From: Candidatus Dadabacteria bacterium
Lineage (GTDB): Bacteria > Desulfobacterota_D > UBA1144 > Nemesobacterales > Mycalebacteriaceae
DNA: 64,000 nt
Direction: 5' to 3'
Assembly: GCA_026708565.1 (NCBI GenBank)
Contig: JAPOUR010000032.1
Coordinates: 9,081-73,080, forward strand
Part shown: positions 37,501 to 51,035 of the stretch, one piece after another
Layout: the number at the start of each line of letters is the position of its first letter
Position numbering within the stretch: position 1 is the stretch's first letter
Position numbers and translations under genes: made by a program
The notes under the pieces: model-generated
Databases searched by the model: none
Seen by the model: only the letters and a program-made list of their open reading frames with translations
What the model was told of the DNA's origin: nothing

Positions 37501-37962
37501 AAGAAGCGAATCCGTAACCTTGAGCCGGGGAATGCCGATTGCCGGAACGGACGGGAGAGAGGCGGAGCCTGAAGGCGCGCCGCCGTCCCCGCCGGGCGGC
37601 GGGAGAGCCGCCCTGAGCCCTTCTATCCCAATCTCCGCCGAAGAGAGCGGGCCTCCGAGCAAAACGGAAAGGGCGGACTTGTAACCGATAAAAACCGAGT
37701 TTGCGCTCGCAACCGTTTCGCCCCTGCGGGAAACGGACGCCCCGCTAATCTCAAACCCTCCGGAAACCGCTTTGACGGCGGGGACAGAGACATCAAATTC
37801 CGGTGGAAGCGACCGCCGGATGCGGCTCTCAATCGCGTCTCCAAGCCGTCCCGCATCTTCCGGCTGCGCCTGTTGCGCGGAGGCGGAGAACGCAAAGAAC
37901 AGCAGGGCGGCGGCTCCGGGCAACAGTGATTTCTTCAAATAGTTCAAAGGCAAAATTTCCAC
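34540..37962 (-). CDS. tamB: TamB/AsmA-family translocation and assembly module protein, with a DUF490-type C-terminus.
   Basis: 1140 aa with an N-terminal signal/anchor and C-terminal ...VARYLLSDHFTVEGVAGG...IFNIDFR. The start is uncertain (GTG at 37962 or TTG at 37935). Confidence 0.7.
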   Translation of the reverse strand: MEILPLNYLKKSLLPGAAALLFFAFSASAQQAQPEDAGRLGDAIESRIRRSLPPEFDVSVPAVKAVSGGFEISGASVSRRGETVASANSVFIGYKSALSVLLGGPLSSAEIGIEGLRAALPPPGGDGGAPSGSASLPSVPAIGIPRLKVTDSLLLFRGREIAIHNARVSFAPDEKSLKVSLADGRVSLPDMNVSVSDLALHVLLAPGGPEVLTGAEGNGVIETQRGTARAEFDVSAPGAPDSPWEGSVSVSDAVLWGRKSGLSLSSVTLEKDGELSILGNVFMGGISSNVRMKVEAPGASSASKREFEFVADVFKRELPAGGIKFTGSLRREDGAFVISGNVPKNYRNALDLFGVKSIESYFLLALKGGEIDPGRFMIKSRNFLVEAEARSHKGDITAQYKVEADDVFYLSDMTRALNLYEMTGSVKSEGVFEKLRGGEMSVSGSAEAGDFSFSLRGKKLGLEEGKFDFHIPLPLRAAIADKVFLESSVREFSYGDTVAGKAGLKLAEGKAVAKAEFKDSAAFDIEGEVSPEGARVDKFKAKAGGFSLALSRPFSVKVSDGMVDVEAAEMFGDKSVLRFQGSYGNGAEQPEIKVVADFLGVSTRLFEPFYPPLFAHRGIIDGSISVDGAALWPAADLNIRYRGASGDGANLRVVRRDSSERMSFNLLIDGGRGFLDLSGGLSPAAGESPRLNWLVRGPAIYDLNLKAEDFTLKPLALLSDKIRNLDGGFSGNLTVFKAAEGIDMRGKVNFDSARVKVGDWTEVMEVEFGELEFDGGSIHSSLGIRDPFGTALLNGTFKTEDFSYSGEAALDGIFLHISHLYSGFLGTLFVDGKGRNIRIRAEDLKTRNANIWLRKEANLEVGGLVYVDSPDSADGEKFAEGKDLGFFTQTSDLDFRLRISDDTRFRLDRVNSILSGDLRIIMQPGNDFSSVEGELNVIRGSYTLLGKQFDIDRGSISLSAREHLMPIVDINALYERTGLSVKAGLHGEADALGLTLSSVPAMKEDEIILALLTRGKNDRAIDIADAVDGRRENGGYSAFGYAADQLFSSLVESNPLGFVDVFSITRRGGGILESEIEAGTYITDRLYTTYQRVSETPLPISTSYRSRFVARYLLSDHFTVEGVAGGLTPGVDLIFNIDFR

Positions 37963-38038
37963 GCGGCGTTGTCATACTTTACAACAATCGCCGCCGGTTG
38001 TAGTATAATTTCAAATTCTCGGAATTGAACTCCTCCGA

Positions 38039-43118
<5,080 letters not shown>

Positions 43119-43181
43119 AATGGAAACACTCTCAGGGTGGAGTATACTCTATGCGGCGCGGGCATTTGCGCGCGGGATGTT

Positions 43182-43979
43182 TTGAATCAGACAATCAAAG
43201 CGACTGTTCTCGGATGCGCCACCTCAACGGGCGTTCCGGTTGTGGGGTGCGACTGCGCCGTATGCGGCGGCGGCGCGCCGGAAAACAACCGCACCCGCAG
43301 TTCCATTCTTGTGGAAACCGGCGGGCTGAACATCCTCATAGACACATCAACCGATTTGAGGGCGCAGGCGCTGCGCTGCGGCCTGTCGCGCATAAGCGCG
43401 GTGCTTTTCACCCACTCCCACGCCGACCACACAAACGGCATAGACGATCTCAAGCCCTTCACCCGTTTCGGAAAAGACGCGATAGACTGTTACGCAAACC
43501 CCGACACCGCCGCGCGGCTGAGAAACAATTTCAACTACATATTCGGAGACGCAAAAGCGGCCGATGAGAGGCCCAACCTCCGGCTGAACGAGATAACGGG
43601 CGATTTTTCCCTTGGCGGTGTCCGGATCATCCCGCTGGATATCAGGCACGGCAAGTGGAACATTCTGGGCTACCGGATAGGGGGGCTCGCCTACATAACG
43701 GACTGCAACGGAATTCCGCCCGAATCCATGGAAAAACTGAGGGGCCTTGACCTCCTCATAATCAGCGCGCTCCGCTACAAGCCGCACCCGTCCCATTTCA
43801 ACATTGAGGAAACATTAAACCGGATAGAATCCCTGTCGCCCCGGAGGGCGGCGCTGACGCACATGAGTTGCGACCTTGACTATTTTGAACTGAAAAAAAC
43901 GCTTCCTGAAAATGTTGAGCCCGCAAGGGACGGAGCGGTTTTTGAAATTACGGGCGCGGAGGTGAAGACGGTTGCCTGA
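43182..43979 (+). CDS. MBL-fold metallo-hydrolase (PhnP-like phosphodiesterase family).
   Basis: Motif FTHSHADHTNGIDDL. The TTG start was chosen because the upstream ORF-track extension overlaps polX and is non-homologous. The start is uncertain. Confidence 0.6.
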   Translation: MNQTIKATVLGCATSTGVPVVGCDCAVCGGGAPENNRTRSSILVETGGLNILIDTSTDLRAQALRCGLSRISAVLFTHSHADHTNGIDDLKPFTRFGKDAIDCYANPDTAARLRNNFNYIFGDAKAADERPNLRLNEITGDFSLGGVRIIPLDIRHGKWNILGYRIGGLAYITDCNGIPPESMEKLRGLDLLIISALRYKPHPSHFNIEETLNRIESLSPRRAALTHMSCDLDYFELKKTLPENVEPARDGAVFEITGAEVKTVA

Positions 43980-45210
43980 TATGCGTTCCCTTGTGGAAAA
44001 ACTTTCCGTTAAATCGGATTCCAAAATTGTGATGTGCGTTCTTGACGGCCTTGGCGGCCTGCCGGTAAAAGGGAAGACCGAACTTCAAAGCGCAAAGACT
44101 CCCAACCTTGACCGTCTGGCTCGCTCCGCTTCGTGCGGATTTCACCTGCCGGTCGCGCGGGGGATAACGCCCGGAAGCGGAGCCGCCCATCTGGGGCTTT
44201 TCGGCTACGACCCGCTTGAGTGCGGGATGGGAAGAGGCGTGGTGGAAGCGGCGGGGCTTGGAATTAAAATCGGGAAAAACGACCTTGTGGCAAGAGGCAA
44301 CTTCGCCACCGCCGGGGAGCGGGGCGGCAAACTGATTGTAACCGACAGAAGGGCGGGAAGAATATCAACAAAAAGCGCCGCCGCTCTTGCGGAAAAACTG
44401 TCGGGCGGCATAAAGAAAGCGGGAAACGCGCGCGTCAGGATATACCCGGGGCTTGAGCACAGGTTTGTCGCGGTGTTCAGTTTTCCGCGCCCCGTGCCGG
44501 ACGGAGGGGAAATCAAAGACACCGACCCCCAAAAGGAGGGGGCGGCCGTTGACCTGACTCCGAAAACCGCTTCAAGAAAACCCGCAACAGTGGCCGCCGC
44601 GCGCGCGGCGGGGATTTTCGGCGCAAAGGCGCGGGAAATACTAAAAGGGGAAAAAAAGGCAAACTGCGTTCTGCTCCGGGGATTCTCCACACCGCCGGAC
44701 CTCAGCCCGTTCGGGAAAACCTACGGGCTGCGCGCCGCGTGCGTCGCCTCATATCCCATGTATCGCGGAGTTGCGGGCGGCATTTTAGGAATGGAAATAA
44801 AAGACCCGGAAGACGGCGGCATACAAAGTGCGGTTGAACGCGCCGCGAGTGTTGCGGGGGATTTTGATTTTGTTTACGCGCACATAAAATCCACGGACAG
44901 GCACGGCGAGGACGGCGACTTCAAAAAGAAGGCCGCCGCCATAGAGGAGTTTGACAAAATGCTGCCGCGCCTTCTTGCGGCAAAGCCCGATGTTCTGGTA
45001 ATCACCGGAGACCACTCAACACCCGCGCTGATGTCATCCCACAGCTGGCATCCCGTTCCGCTGTTGATAAAATCGCGCTTCAGCATAGGCGGGACGCGCG
45101 GCTTTGATGAAATCCGCTGCCGGGACGGCGAACTCGGAATTGTGCGGTCGGTTGAGATAATGCCCCTCGCTCTCGCGCACGCCGGACGGCTTGCGAAATT
45201 TGGAGCCTGA
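43972..45210 (+). CDS. apgM: Cofactor-independent phosphoglycerate mutase of the archaeal type.
   Basis: 412 aa beginning MPDMRSLVEKLSV...VLDGLGGLP, with the metalloenzyme core. Confidence 0.75.
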   Translation: MPDMRSLVEKLSVKSDSKIVMCVLDGLGGLPVKGKTELQSAKTPNLDRLARSASCGFHLPVARGITPGSGAAHLGLFGYDPLECGMGRGVVEAAGLGIKIGKNDLVARGNFATAGERGGKLIVTDRRAGRISTKSAAALAEKLSGGIKKAGNARVRIYPGLEHRFVAVFSFPRPVPDGGEIKDTDPQKEGAAVDLTPKTASRKPATVAAARAAGIFGAKAREILKGEKKANCVLLRGFSTPPDLSPFGKTYGLRAACVASYPMYRGVAGGILGMEIKDPEDGGIQSAVERAASVAGDFDFVYAHIKSTDRHGEDGDFKKKAAAIEEFDKMLPRLLAAKPDVLVITGDHSTPALMSSHSWHPVPLLIKSRFSIGGTRGFDEIRCRDGELGIVRSVEIMPLALAHAGRLAKFGA

Positions 45211-45238
45211 TGTCTTTGTGATATTATTGCGTTGCCCA

Positions 45239-45321
45239 GCCGAAGTGGCGGAATTGGCAGACGCGCTATCTTGAGGGGGTAGTGCCCTTGTGGCGTGGGG
45301 GTTCGAGTCCCCCCTTCGGCA
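45239..45321 (+). tRNA. tRNA-Leu, anticodon GAG, class II with a long variable arm.
   Basis: Acceptor stem GCCGAAG/CTTCGGC, D-arm GCGGAATTGGCAGACGCG, anticodon loop TTGAGGG, T-arm GGGGGTTCGAGTCCCCC. Confidence 0.85.
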
Positions 45322-45332
45322 AATCCGCAAAA

Positions 45333-46052
45333 TTAATTTGTTGTTTCCTGAGGAGTCTCCGGTGTTTCCTGTTCCGGTGTTTGCGGAACATCTTCCGATG
45401 TTTCAGGCGAAACTTCCGACACTTCTTCTATCTCCTCCGCCGCCGGGTCAGGCAGTGTCGTGGCAAACTGTCTGAGCAGTTGGTCGGCTCTTTCCTTGTC
45501 GCCGTTTTTTCCGTAAGCGGTCGCAAGAATGGGCAAAACCCTCCTGCGGTGAGCCGGGCTTTCCACGAACAACTCCTCCAAATACCTTATGGCGTCAATC
45601 CATCTCTCCAGACGAAAACTGGAAAAACCCGCCATAAAAAGCGCCTCGCGCCTCAAAATTTTGTCCTGTGAATCTGAAAGAAACCCGCTCATGCGTTCAA
45701 GAGAGAGTTCATCCTCTTCTTTTGCAAAAAGTATAGCGCCCTCGTAATACTCGGCGGTCCGGGCGGTTTTTACGCCTTCAAACCGCTCTCTTACCTCACC
45801 GAGGATTTCCAGAGAGCCGTCCATGTCGCCGCTTTCATAAGCAAGAAGCGCGGCCTCCATTTGGCCGCCCGCCTCCATCAGGGTCTTCTCCCTCGCGCTT
45901 GAAAAAACCGCATAGGCGACAAACGCCGCCACCGGTATCAGGGCAAGCGCGGCAAGCAGAAGGCCGCTTGTGTTGCGAACTCTGTCAAGAAGGCTTTGCG
46001 GAGCGGCGGACGGGAGAGCGTCTGCGTCGCCGTTTGTGTTGTTGTCATTCAT
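45333..46052 (-). CDS. Membrane-anchored tetratricopeptide-like protein with an acidic C-terminal tail.
   Basis: One transmembrane helix (LLLAALALIPVAAFVAYAVF), TPR-like helical content, and a PETPQE-rich tail. Confidence 0.5.
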   Translation of the reverse strand: MNDNNTNGDADALPSAAPQSLLDRVRNTSGLLLAALALIPVAAFVAYAVFSSAREKTLMEAGGQMEAALLAYESGDMDGSLEILGEVRERFEGVKTARTAEYYEGAILFAKEEDELSLERMSGFLSDSQDKILRREALFMAGFSSFRLERWIDAIRYLEELFVESPAHRRRVLPILATAYGKNGDKERADQLLRQFATTLPDPAAEEIEEVSEVSPETSEDVPQTPEQETPETPQETTN

Positions 46053-46082
46053 AGCGCGGCGGTTATCATACTTTTTGAAGGG

Positions 46083-47414
46083 ATGAGAGGCAAGACATTG
46101 ATTGCGTTTTTATGCGCGGCTCTGGCGTGGGCGATTCCCGCCGGTTCGGCGACTGACGGCGGATTGCCTGAAAAAATCGTGCTTTCAGTTCCTCTTGACG
46201 GAACGGTGAATCCGTTCTCGGCGGACTTCATACAAACCGCCATAGCGGCGGCGGAAGAGCAAAAAGCCGAAGCCGTCCTGCTGGTTATAGACACTCCGGG
46301 CGGGTTGCTCAACTCAACAAAGGAAATTGTCAAAAGCATTCTGAACTCTCCCGTGCCGGTGGTGGCTTACGTTTCCCCCGCCGGGGCCACGGCAACTTCT
46401 GCGGGGGCGTTCATATTTCTCGCCTCCCACATAGCGGCGATGGCTCCGGGCACAAGCGTGGGAGCAGCCCACCCGGTCGCCGGGTCGGGCAAGGAGGTGG
46501 AGGGCAAAGGCGGGGAGAAGGTTGTCAACTTCGCTTCCTCATACATAGAGAGCATAGCGCGCGAGCGGGGGCGCAACTCAAAGTGGGCTGTCAAGGCGGT
46601 AAAGGAAAGTTCATCGGTAACATGGAAATACGCGGTGAAAAACAACATAGCCGACTTTTCCGCGCCGGATGCGGCGGCTCTGCTTGAGATGATTGACGGA
46701 ACAAAAGTCAGCATCGGGGAGAAGACGCGAAAACTGTCAACTTCAGGGGCGACAATCATCACTCACCGAATGACCGCGCGCCAGCGCATGGGCAACATTC
46801 TCGGCTCGCCCGACATTGCATACCTGCTTCTCTCCCTCGGCTCGCTGGGGATTTTGATGGAGATATACAACCCCGGAAGCATTTTCCCCGGCGTGGTGGG
46901 AATCATATCGCTTATGCTTGCCTTCGCCTCGCTTCAAGTGCTTCCTTTCAGTTATGCGGGGCTTGGGCTCATAGTGGTGGGGGCGGCTCTGATGATGGCC
47001 GAGTTTTTCGTAACCAGTTACGGGCTTCTCGCACTTGCGGGAACGGTGTCTTTAATCGCCGGGGGCGTTCTGCTTTTTGATCCGGCGCAGACGGGCGGCC
47101 TGAGCGTGAATTTCAGAACTCTCGCGGCGGTCGGCGGAACTTTTGCCGCTATTCTCGGCTTTGTGGTGGTGGCGGCGGCACGCTCGCCAAAAGTCCCCTA
47201 CCTTGGAGAGACCGTTCCGGCGGGCGGAAGAGAGGGGGTTGTTGTTGACTGGCAACAGGGCGGGGGTATAGTGCAAGTGGGCGGCGAATACTGGAAGGCG
47301 GAAAGCGCGGGGCCTCCCTTGTCAAAGGGCGACCGTGTAAAGGTCAGCGGCAAGGCGGACGGGCTGAAGTTGAAAGTGGAGCGCAAAACTCAAAAGAGCG
47401 GAGGAAAACAATGA
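46083..47414 (+). CDS. NfeD-family membrane-bound ClpP-class serine protease, partnered with a stomatin operon.
   Basis: Signal peptide, ClpP-like domain ([12 protein letters not shown]), transmembrane segments and a C-terminal OB domain. The ribosome-binding site GAAGGG precedes the ATG at 46083. Confidence 0.75.
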   Translation: MRGKTLIAFLCAALAWAIPAGSATDGGLPEKIVLSVPLDGTVNPFSADFIQTAIAAAEEQKAEAVLLVIDTPGGLLNSTKEIVKSILNSPVPVVAYVSPAGATATSAGAFIFLASHIAAMAPGTSVGAAHPVAGSGKEVEGKGGEKVVNFASSYIESIARERGRNSKWAVKAVKESSSVTWKYAVKNNIADFSAPDAAALLEMIDGTKVSIGEKTRKLSTSGATIITHRMTARQRMGNILGSPDIAYLLLSLGSLGILMEIYNPGSIFPGVVGIISLMLAFASLQVLPFSYAGLGLIVVGAALMMAEFFVTSYGLLALAGTVSLIAGGVLLFDPAQTGGLSVNFRTLAAVGGTFAAILGFVVVAAARSPKVPYLGETVPAGGREGVVVDWQQGGGIVQVGGEYWKAESAGPPLSKGDRVKVSGKADGLKLKVERKTQKSGGKQ

Positions 47415-48211
47415 GCACACCTTTTTTACTTGCGGCGATAGGGGCTTTGCTCCTGTTTATGGGGGCAAAGATACTCAAAGAGTATGAGCGGGGGGTGGTT
47501 ATGCGTCTTGGCCGCGTGGTCGGCATCAAGGGGCCGGGGTTTGTCTGGATAATCCCCTTCATAGATAAGATGACAAAGATAAGCCTTCGCGTAATCGCGA
47601 TGGATGTTCCGCCTCAGGATGTCATCACCAAAGACAATGTTTCAGTGAAGGTGAACGCCGTTCTTTATTTCAGGGTCGTCAACCCGATAAACACCATAGT
47701 GAAGGTTGAGAATTACTATTACGCCACGTCCCAACTTGCGCAGACAACACTGCGGAGTGTGCTGGGGCAGGTTGAGTTGGATGAGTTGCTGACCGAAAGG
47801 GAGGAGCTCAATATGAAGTTGCAGGAGATTCTGGATTCTCAAACGGATGACTGGGGAATCAAGGTTACTCTTGTGGAGGTCAAGCATGTTGACCTGCCTC
47901 AGGAGATGCAGCGGGCGATGGCTCAGCAAGCCGAAGCGGAGAGGGAGAGAAGGGCGCGAATAATAAGCGCGGAGGGAGAGTTTCAGGCGTCGCAGAAAAT
48001 ATCCGAGGCGTCCGAGGTTCTTTCAAAAAATCCCGTGTCTCTTCAGTTGAGGTATTTGCAGGCAATGTCGGACATATCGGGCGAGCACAATTCAACCATC
48101 ATTCTGCCGCTTCCGATTGACATACTGAAGCCGTTTGCGGAAAGAGCCGCGGGCGGCGCTCCGATTCAAAAAGCGGTGAGCGGGAAAGACCCTTTCAAAG
48201 CGCCGGAGTGA
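47411..48211 (+). CDS. SPFH/band-7 stomatin-like protein.
   Basis: Sequence ...[30 protein letters not shown]..., overlapping nfeD by 4 bp. The nfeD-stomatin operon is canonical. Confidence 0.8.
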   Translation: MSTPFLLAAIGALLLFMGAKILKEYERGVVMRLGRVVGIKGPGFVWIIPFIDKMTKISLRVIAMDVPPQDVITKDNVSVKVNAVLYFRVVNPINTIVKVENYYYATSQLAQTTLRSVLGQVELDELLTEREELNMKLQEILDSQTDDWGIKVTLVEVKHVDLPQEMQRAMAQQAEAERERRARIISAEGEFQASQKISEASEVLSKNPVSLQLRYLQAMSDISGEHNSTIILPLPIDILKPFAERAAGGAPIQKAVSGKDPFKAPE

Positions 48212-48241
48212 TAGAGCAGTGTAAGACTGTTTCGCGTTGTT

Positions 48242-49546
48242 ATGATTAAACATCTCAAGATGAGCAATGTGGGACCAGCTCCGGCTATGGAGTTGGAGTT
48301 TGGCGACAGACTGAACCTGCTCACGGGGGATAATGGATTAGGCAAGAGTTTTCTGCTGGATATAGCATGGTGGGCGATGACCCGCATATGGCCAGCGGAG
48401 TTAAACACGAATCTGACATCGGGCAGGGTGGCGTTGCCTACTGAGAAGAAACAGAAATCTGAAATCAGTTATTCCTTCTCCGCATTCTCTACGAACACAA
48501 AACCACATACCAGCACTTATGAACCGGAAATCCAAAGTTGGTCTGCTCCAAGTTGGCCTGCTCCAAAAGGGAGACCCCCAAACCCCGGATTGGTGTTTTA
48601 TGCCTTGGCCGACGGTAGTTTTGCAGTTTGGGACCCCGCCAGAAATTACTGGACAGCACAAACCGGGAACGGAGAACGTCCGGTTGCTTATGTGTTCAGC
48701 CCCAAAGAGGTATGGGATGGATTGCAACGCAAAGACGGTTCTTGGCTTTGCAACGGACTGATTCGCGATTGGGCTGGCTGGCAAAAAGAAAAAGGACAAG
48801 CTTTCCAGTCCTTAAAGGATGTGCTGGAGGTTTTGTCACCGTCCACTGAGGAAAAGATTACTCCCGGCGAGTTGACACGCATCAGTTTGGATGATGTGCG
48901 AGACATGCCGACATTGAAAATGCCTTACGGTCAGGATGTCGCCGTAGTCCATGCGTCTGCGGGAATGCGCCGGATTATTTCTCTGGCTTACTTTCTGGTC
49001 TGGTGCTGGGAAGAACATGTCAAAGCCAAGAAATTGCAGGGAGATGAAGATGAACCGGAAAAAGGTGTGGTCTTTCTGGTTGATGAAGTTGAGGCACACC
49101 TCCATCCGAAATGGCAACGCATGGTAATCCCGTCCCTTCTAAAGGTTATGGAAACTCTAACAGAATCCGTCCCTGTGCAACTGATAGTAGCAACTCATTC
49201 ACCCTTGGTTATGGCCTCGGTGGAAACGCTGTTTGACAACGAGAAGGATGCTTGGTTTGACCTTGACCTTAAAGACAATGAAGTCGTTCTAACCCCTCGG
49301 CCCTTTGTAAGGCAAGGTAATGTTGCTCATTGGCTGACAAGCGCAGCCTTTGATTTGGAGTCCGCTTACGGCTCTGATGAAATCAAAAAAGTACTGGAAG
49401 AAGCCTCCTTTGCTTTGAGCAATGAAAATTTCAGTAAAGAAGAAGCAAAAAAGTTAGATAAGCGCCTGAGAAAAGTCTTGTCAAGTACCGACCCCTTATG
49501 GGCACGGTGGCGTTTTGAGGGCGAAAAAAGAGGGTGGCTACGATGA
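48242..49546 (+). CDS. ptuA: Septu PtuA-like ABC-type ATPase of the AAA_15/AAA_21 family.
   Basis: Walker A LLTGDNGLGKSF and Walker B/H-loop VVFLVDEVEAHLHP...VATHSP, with a long insert between them. It is coupled by a 13-bp overlap to an HNH gene. GC is about 49%. Confidence 0.65.
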   Translation: MIKHLKMSNVGPAPAMELEFGDRLNLLTGDNGLGKSFLLDIAWWAMTRIWPAELNTNLTSGRVALPTEKKQKSEISYSFSAFSTNTKPHTSTYEPEIQSWSAPSWPAPKGRPPNPGLVFYALADGSFAVWDPARNYWTAQTGNGERPVAYVFSPKEVWDGLQRKDGSWLCNGLIRDWAGWQKEKGQAFQSLKDVLEVLSPSTEEKITPGELTRISLDDVRDMPTLKMPYGQDVAVVHASAGMRRIISLAYFLVWCWEEHVKAKKLQGDEDEPEKGVVFLVDEVEAHLHPKWQRMVIPSLLKVMETLTESVPVQLIVATHSPLVMASVETLFDNEKDAWFDLDLKDNEVVLTPRPFVRQGNVAHWLTSAAFDLESAYGSDEIKKVLEEASFALSNENFSKEEAKKLDKRLRKVLSSTDPLWARWRFEGEKRGWLR

Positions 49547-50148
49547 TTCATGTCAAGTTGCGACCGGAGCCTGATACATTCAATAGCAGGGTTAGGCAAA
49601 AAGGTCATGCTTGGATGAACAAACACCAGACTCTACCGCCCAGCAATAAATTCCCTCGCTACTGGAAAGATTGTCTGGATGATTTGCGTTCAAGTTATAA
49701 AGACCATTGCGCTTACCTCGCCGTACAGATTGAAGAAGTTGAAGGAGAATACCCTTCTGTGGATCACTTCTTAGCAAAATCGAGACGACCCGACCTTGCA
49801 TACGAATGGAGCAACTATCGTCTTTCATGCTCAGAAATAAATAGTCTCAAAGGCAACTCTGATGATGTATTAGACCCGTTTGAAATAAAGAACAACTGTT
49901 TTCATCTTGATCTTGAATTTTTAATCGGGCATATCTACTCCAATAAGGCACTACCGCCTGACCAAAGAGAGGGGATTCAAGCGACTATAGATAAGCTCAG
50001 ATTGAACAATGATAAATATCGGGAGATGAGGGAGCAACATTACCAAGATTGCCGTGAGGGACACTACGACAGCGATTACTTGAAACGCATATCTCCCTTT
50101 GTTTGGTCGGAGGCTAAACGGCAGGGGTTGCTGAAAGATAACGGCTAA
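49534..50148 (+). CDS. ptuB: Septu PtuB-like HNH endonuclease of the TIGR02646-like family, with a partly degenerate zinc finger.
   Basis: Sequence HCAYL...VDHFLAKSRRPDLAYEWSNYRLSCSEINSLKGN retains the HNH His/Asn residues, but the second Cys of each CxxC pair is replaced. Confidence 0.6.
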   Translation: MATMIHVKLRPEPDTFNSRVRQKGHAWMNKHQTLPPSNKFPRYWKDCLDDLRSSYKDHCAYLAVQIEEVEGEYPSVDHFLAKSRRPDLAYEWSNYRLSCSEINSLKGNSDDVLDPFEIKNNCFHLDLEFLIGHIYSNKALPPDQREGIQATIDKLRLNNDKYREMREQHYQDCREGHYDSDYLKRISPFVWSEAKRQGLLKDNG

Positions 50149-50183
50149 CCAACCACCCGTATTGGAGTTGAGAGGAAACAAAC

Positions 50184-51035
50184 ATGAAAACAGAAACCAA
50201 AGGCGGCAGGACCGCCCTGATAAGGGCTGCAAAAGAAGGCGATACCAATAAGATACGGAAATTGCTGAAAGCAGGGGCAAACATAGAAGCAAAGGATAAT
50301 GAGGGTAGGACGGCTCTTATAATCGCAACAGAATATGAGCGCTCTCAAGCAATGGGGTTACTGTTGAAAGCAGGAGCGGATACAGAGGCAAGAGCAAAGA
50401 AGCGCAGACGGACATCTCTGATGATTGCGGCGGCAAGAAGCGGAACAGGTAGGGTGGCTGAACTACTGAAAGCAGGGGCAAACACAGAAGCAAAAGATAA
50501 TGAGGGCAGGACGGCTCTTATAATCGCAACAGAATATGAGCGCTCTCAAGCAATGGGGTTACTGTTGAAAGCAGGAGCGGATACAGAGGCAAGAGCAAAG
50601 AAGCGCAGACGGACATCTCTGATGATTGCGGCGGCAAGAAGCGGAACAGGTAGGGTGGCTGAACTACTGAAAGCAGGGGCAAATACAGAAGCAAAGGATA
50701 ATGAGGGTAAGACGGCTCTTATAATCGCAGCAGAAAACGGGCACTCTCAAACAACGGCGGAGCTACTGGAAGCGGGAGCAGACATAGAAGCAAAAGATAA
50801 ATATGGCGGAACAGCCCTTATAGTAGCAGTAGGAAACGAACATCATAAAGTAACGGCGGAACTACTGAAAGCAGGAGCGGCAAAAGGTGAAAATGGCAGA
50901 AAACTTCACAAAGCAACAGCCCTTCGGGAAGCAAGAGACCTCTGGGAGAAAACAAGAAAAACCAATATAAGTAGCAAGACCACCCTAATAAAGGCTACCA
51001 AAAAGGCGATACCAACAAGATACGAGAATTGCTGA
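50184..51035 (+). CDS. Ankyrin-repeat protein, N-terminal part of a probably frameshifted gene.
   Basis: About 8 ANK repeats (GRTALIIA...LLKAGA). The reading frame continues in the +2 frame after an A5GG tract at 51000-51006. Confidence 0.6.
   Translation: MKTETKGGRTALIRAAKEGDTNKIRKLLKAGANIEAKDNEGRTALIIATEYERSQAMGLLLKAGADTEARAKKRRRTSLMIAAARSGTGRVAELLKAGANTEAKDNEGRTALIIATEYERSQAMGLLLKAGADTEARAKKRRRTSLMIAAARSGTGRVAELLKAGANTEAKDNEGKTALIIAAENGHSQTTAELLEAGADIEAKDKYGGTALIVAVGNEHHKVTAELLKAGAAKGENGRKLHKATALREARDLWEKTRKTNISSKTTLIKATKKAIPTRYENC
50271..50740. repeat. Near-perfect 201-bp tandem repeat, about 2.3 copies, encoding 67-aa double-ANK units.
   Basis: Units start at 50271, 50472 and 50673. 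Copies 1 and 2 differ at only a few positions. Confidence 0.9.

Noticed and set aside
45239-48241. The idea that tRNA-Leu is the integration site of the Septu and ankyrin island.
   Set aside because: About 3 kb of host-like genes (a TPR protein, nfeD and stomatin) separate the tRNA from the island, and I see no direct repeat of the tRNA 3' end at the island borders.
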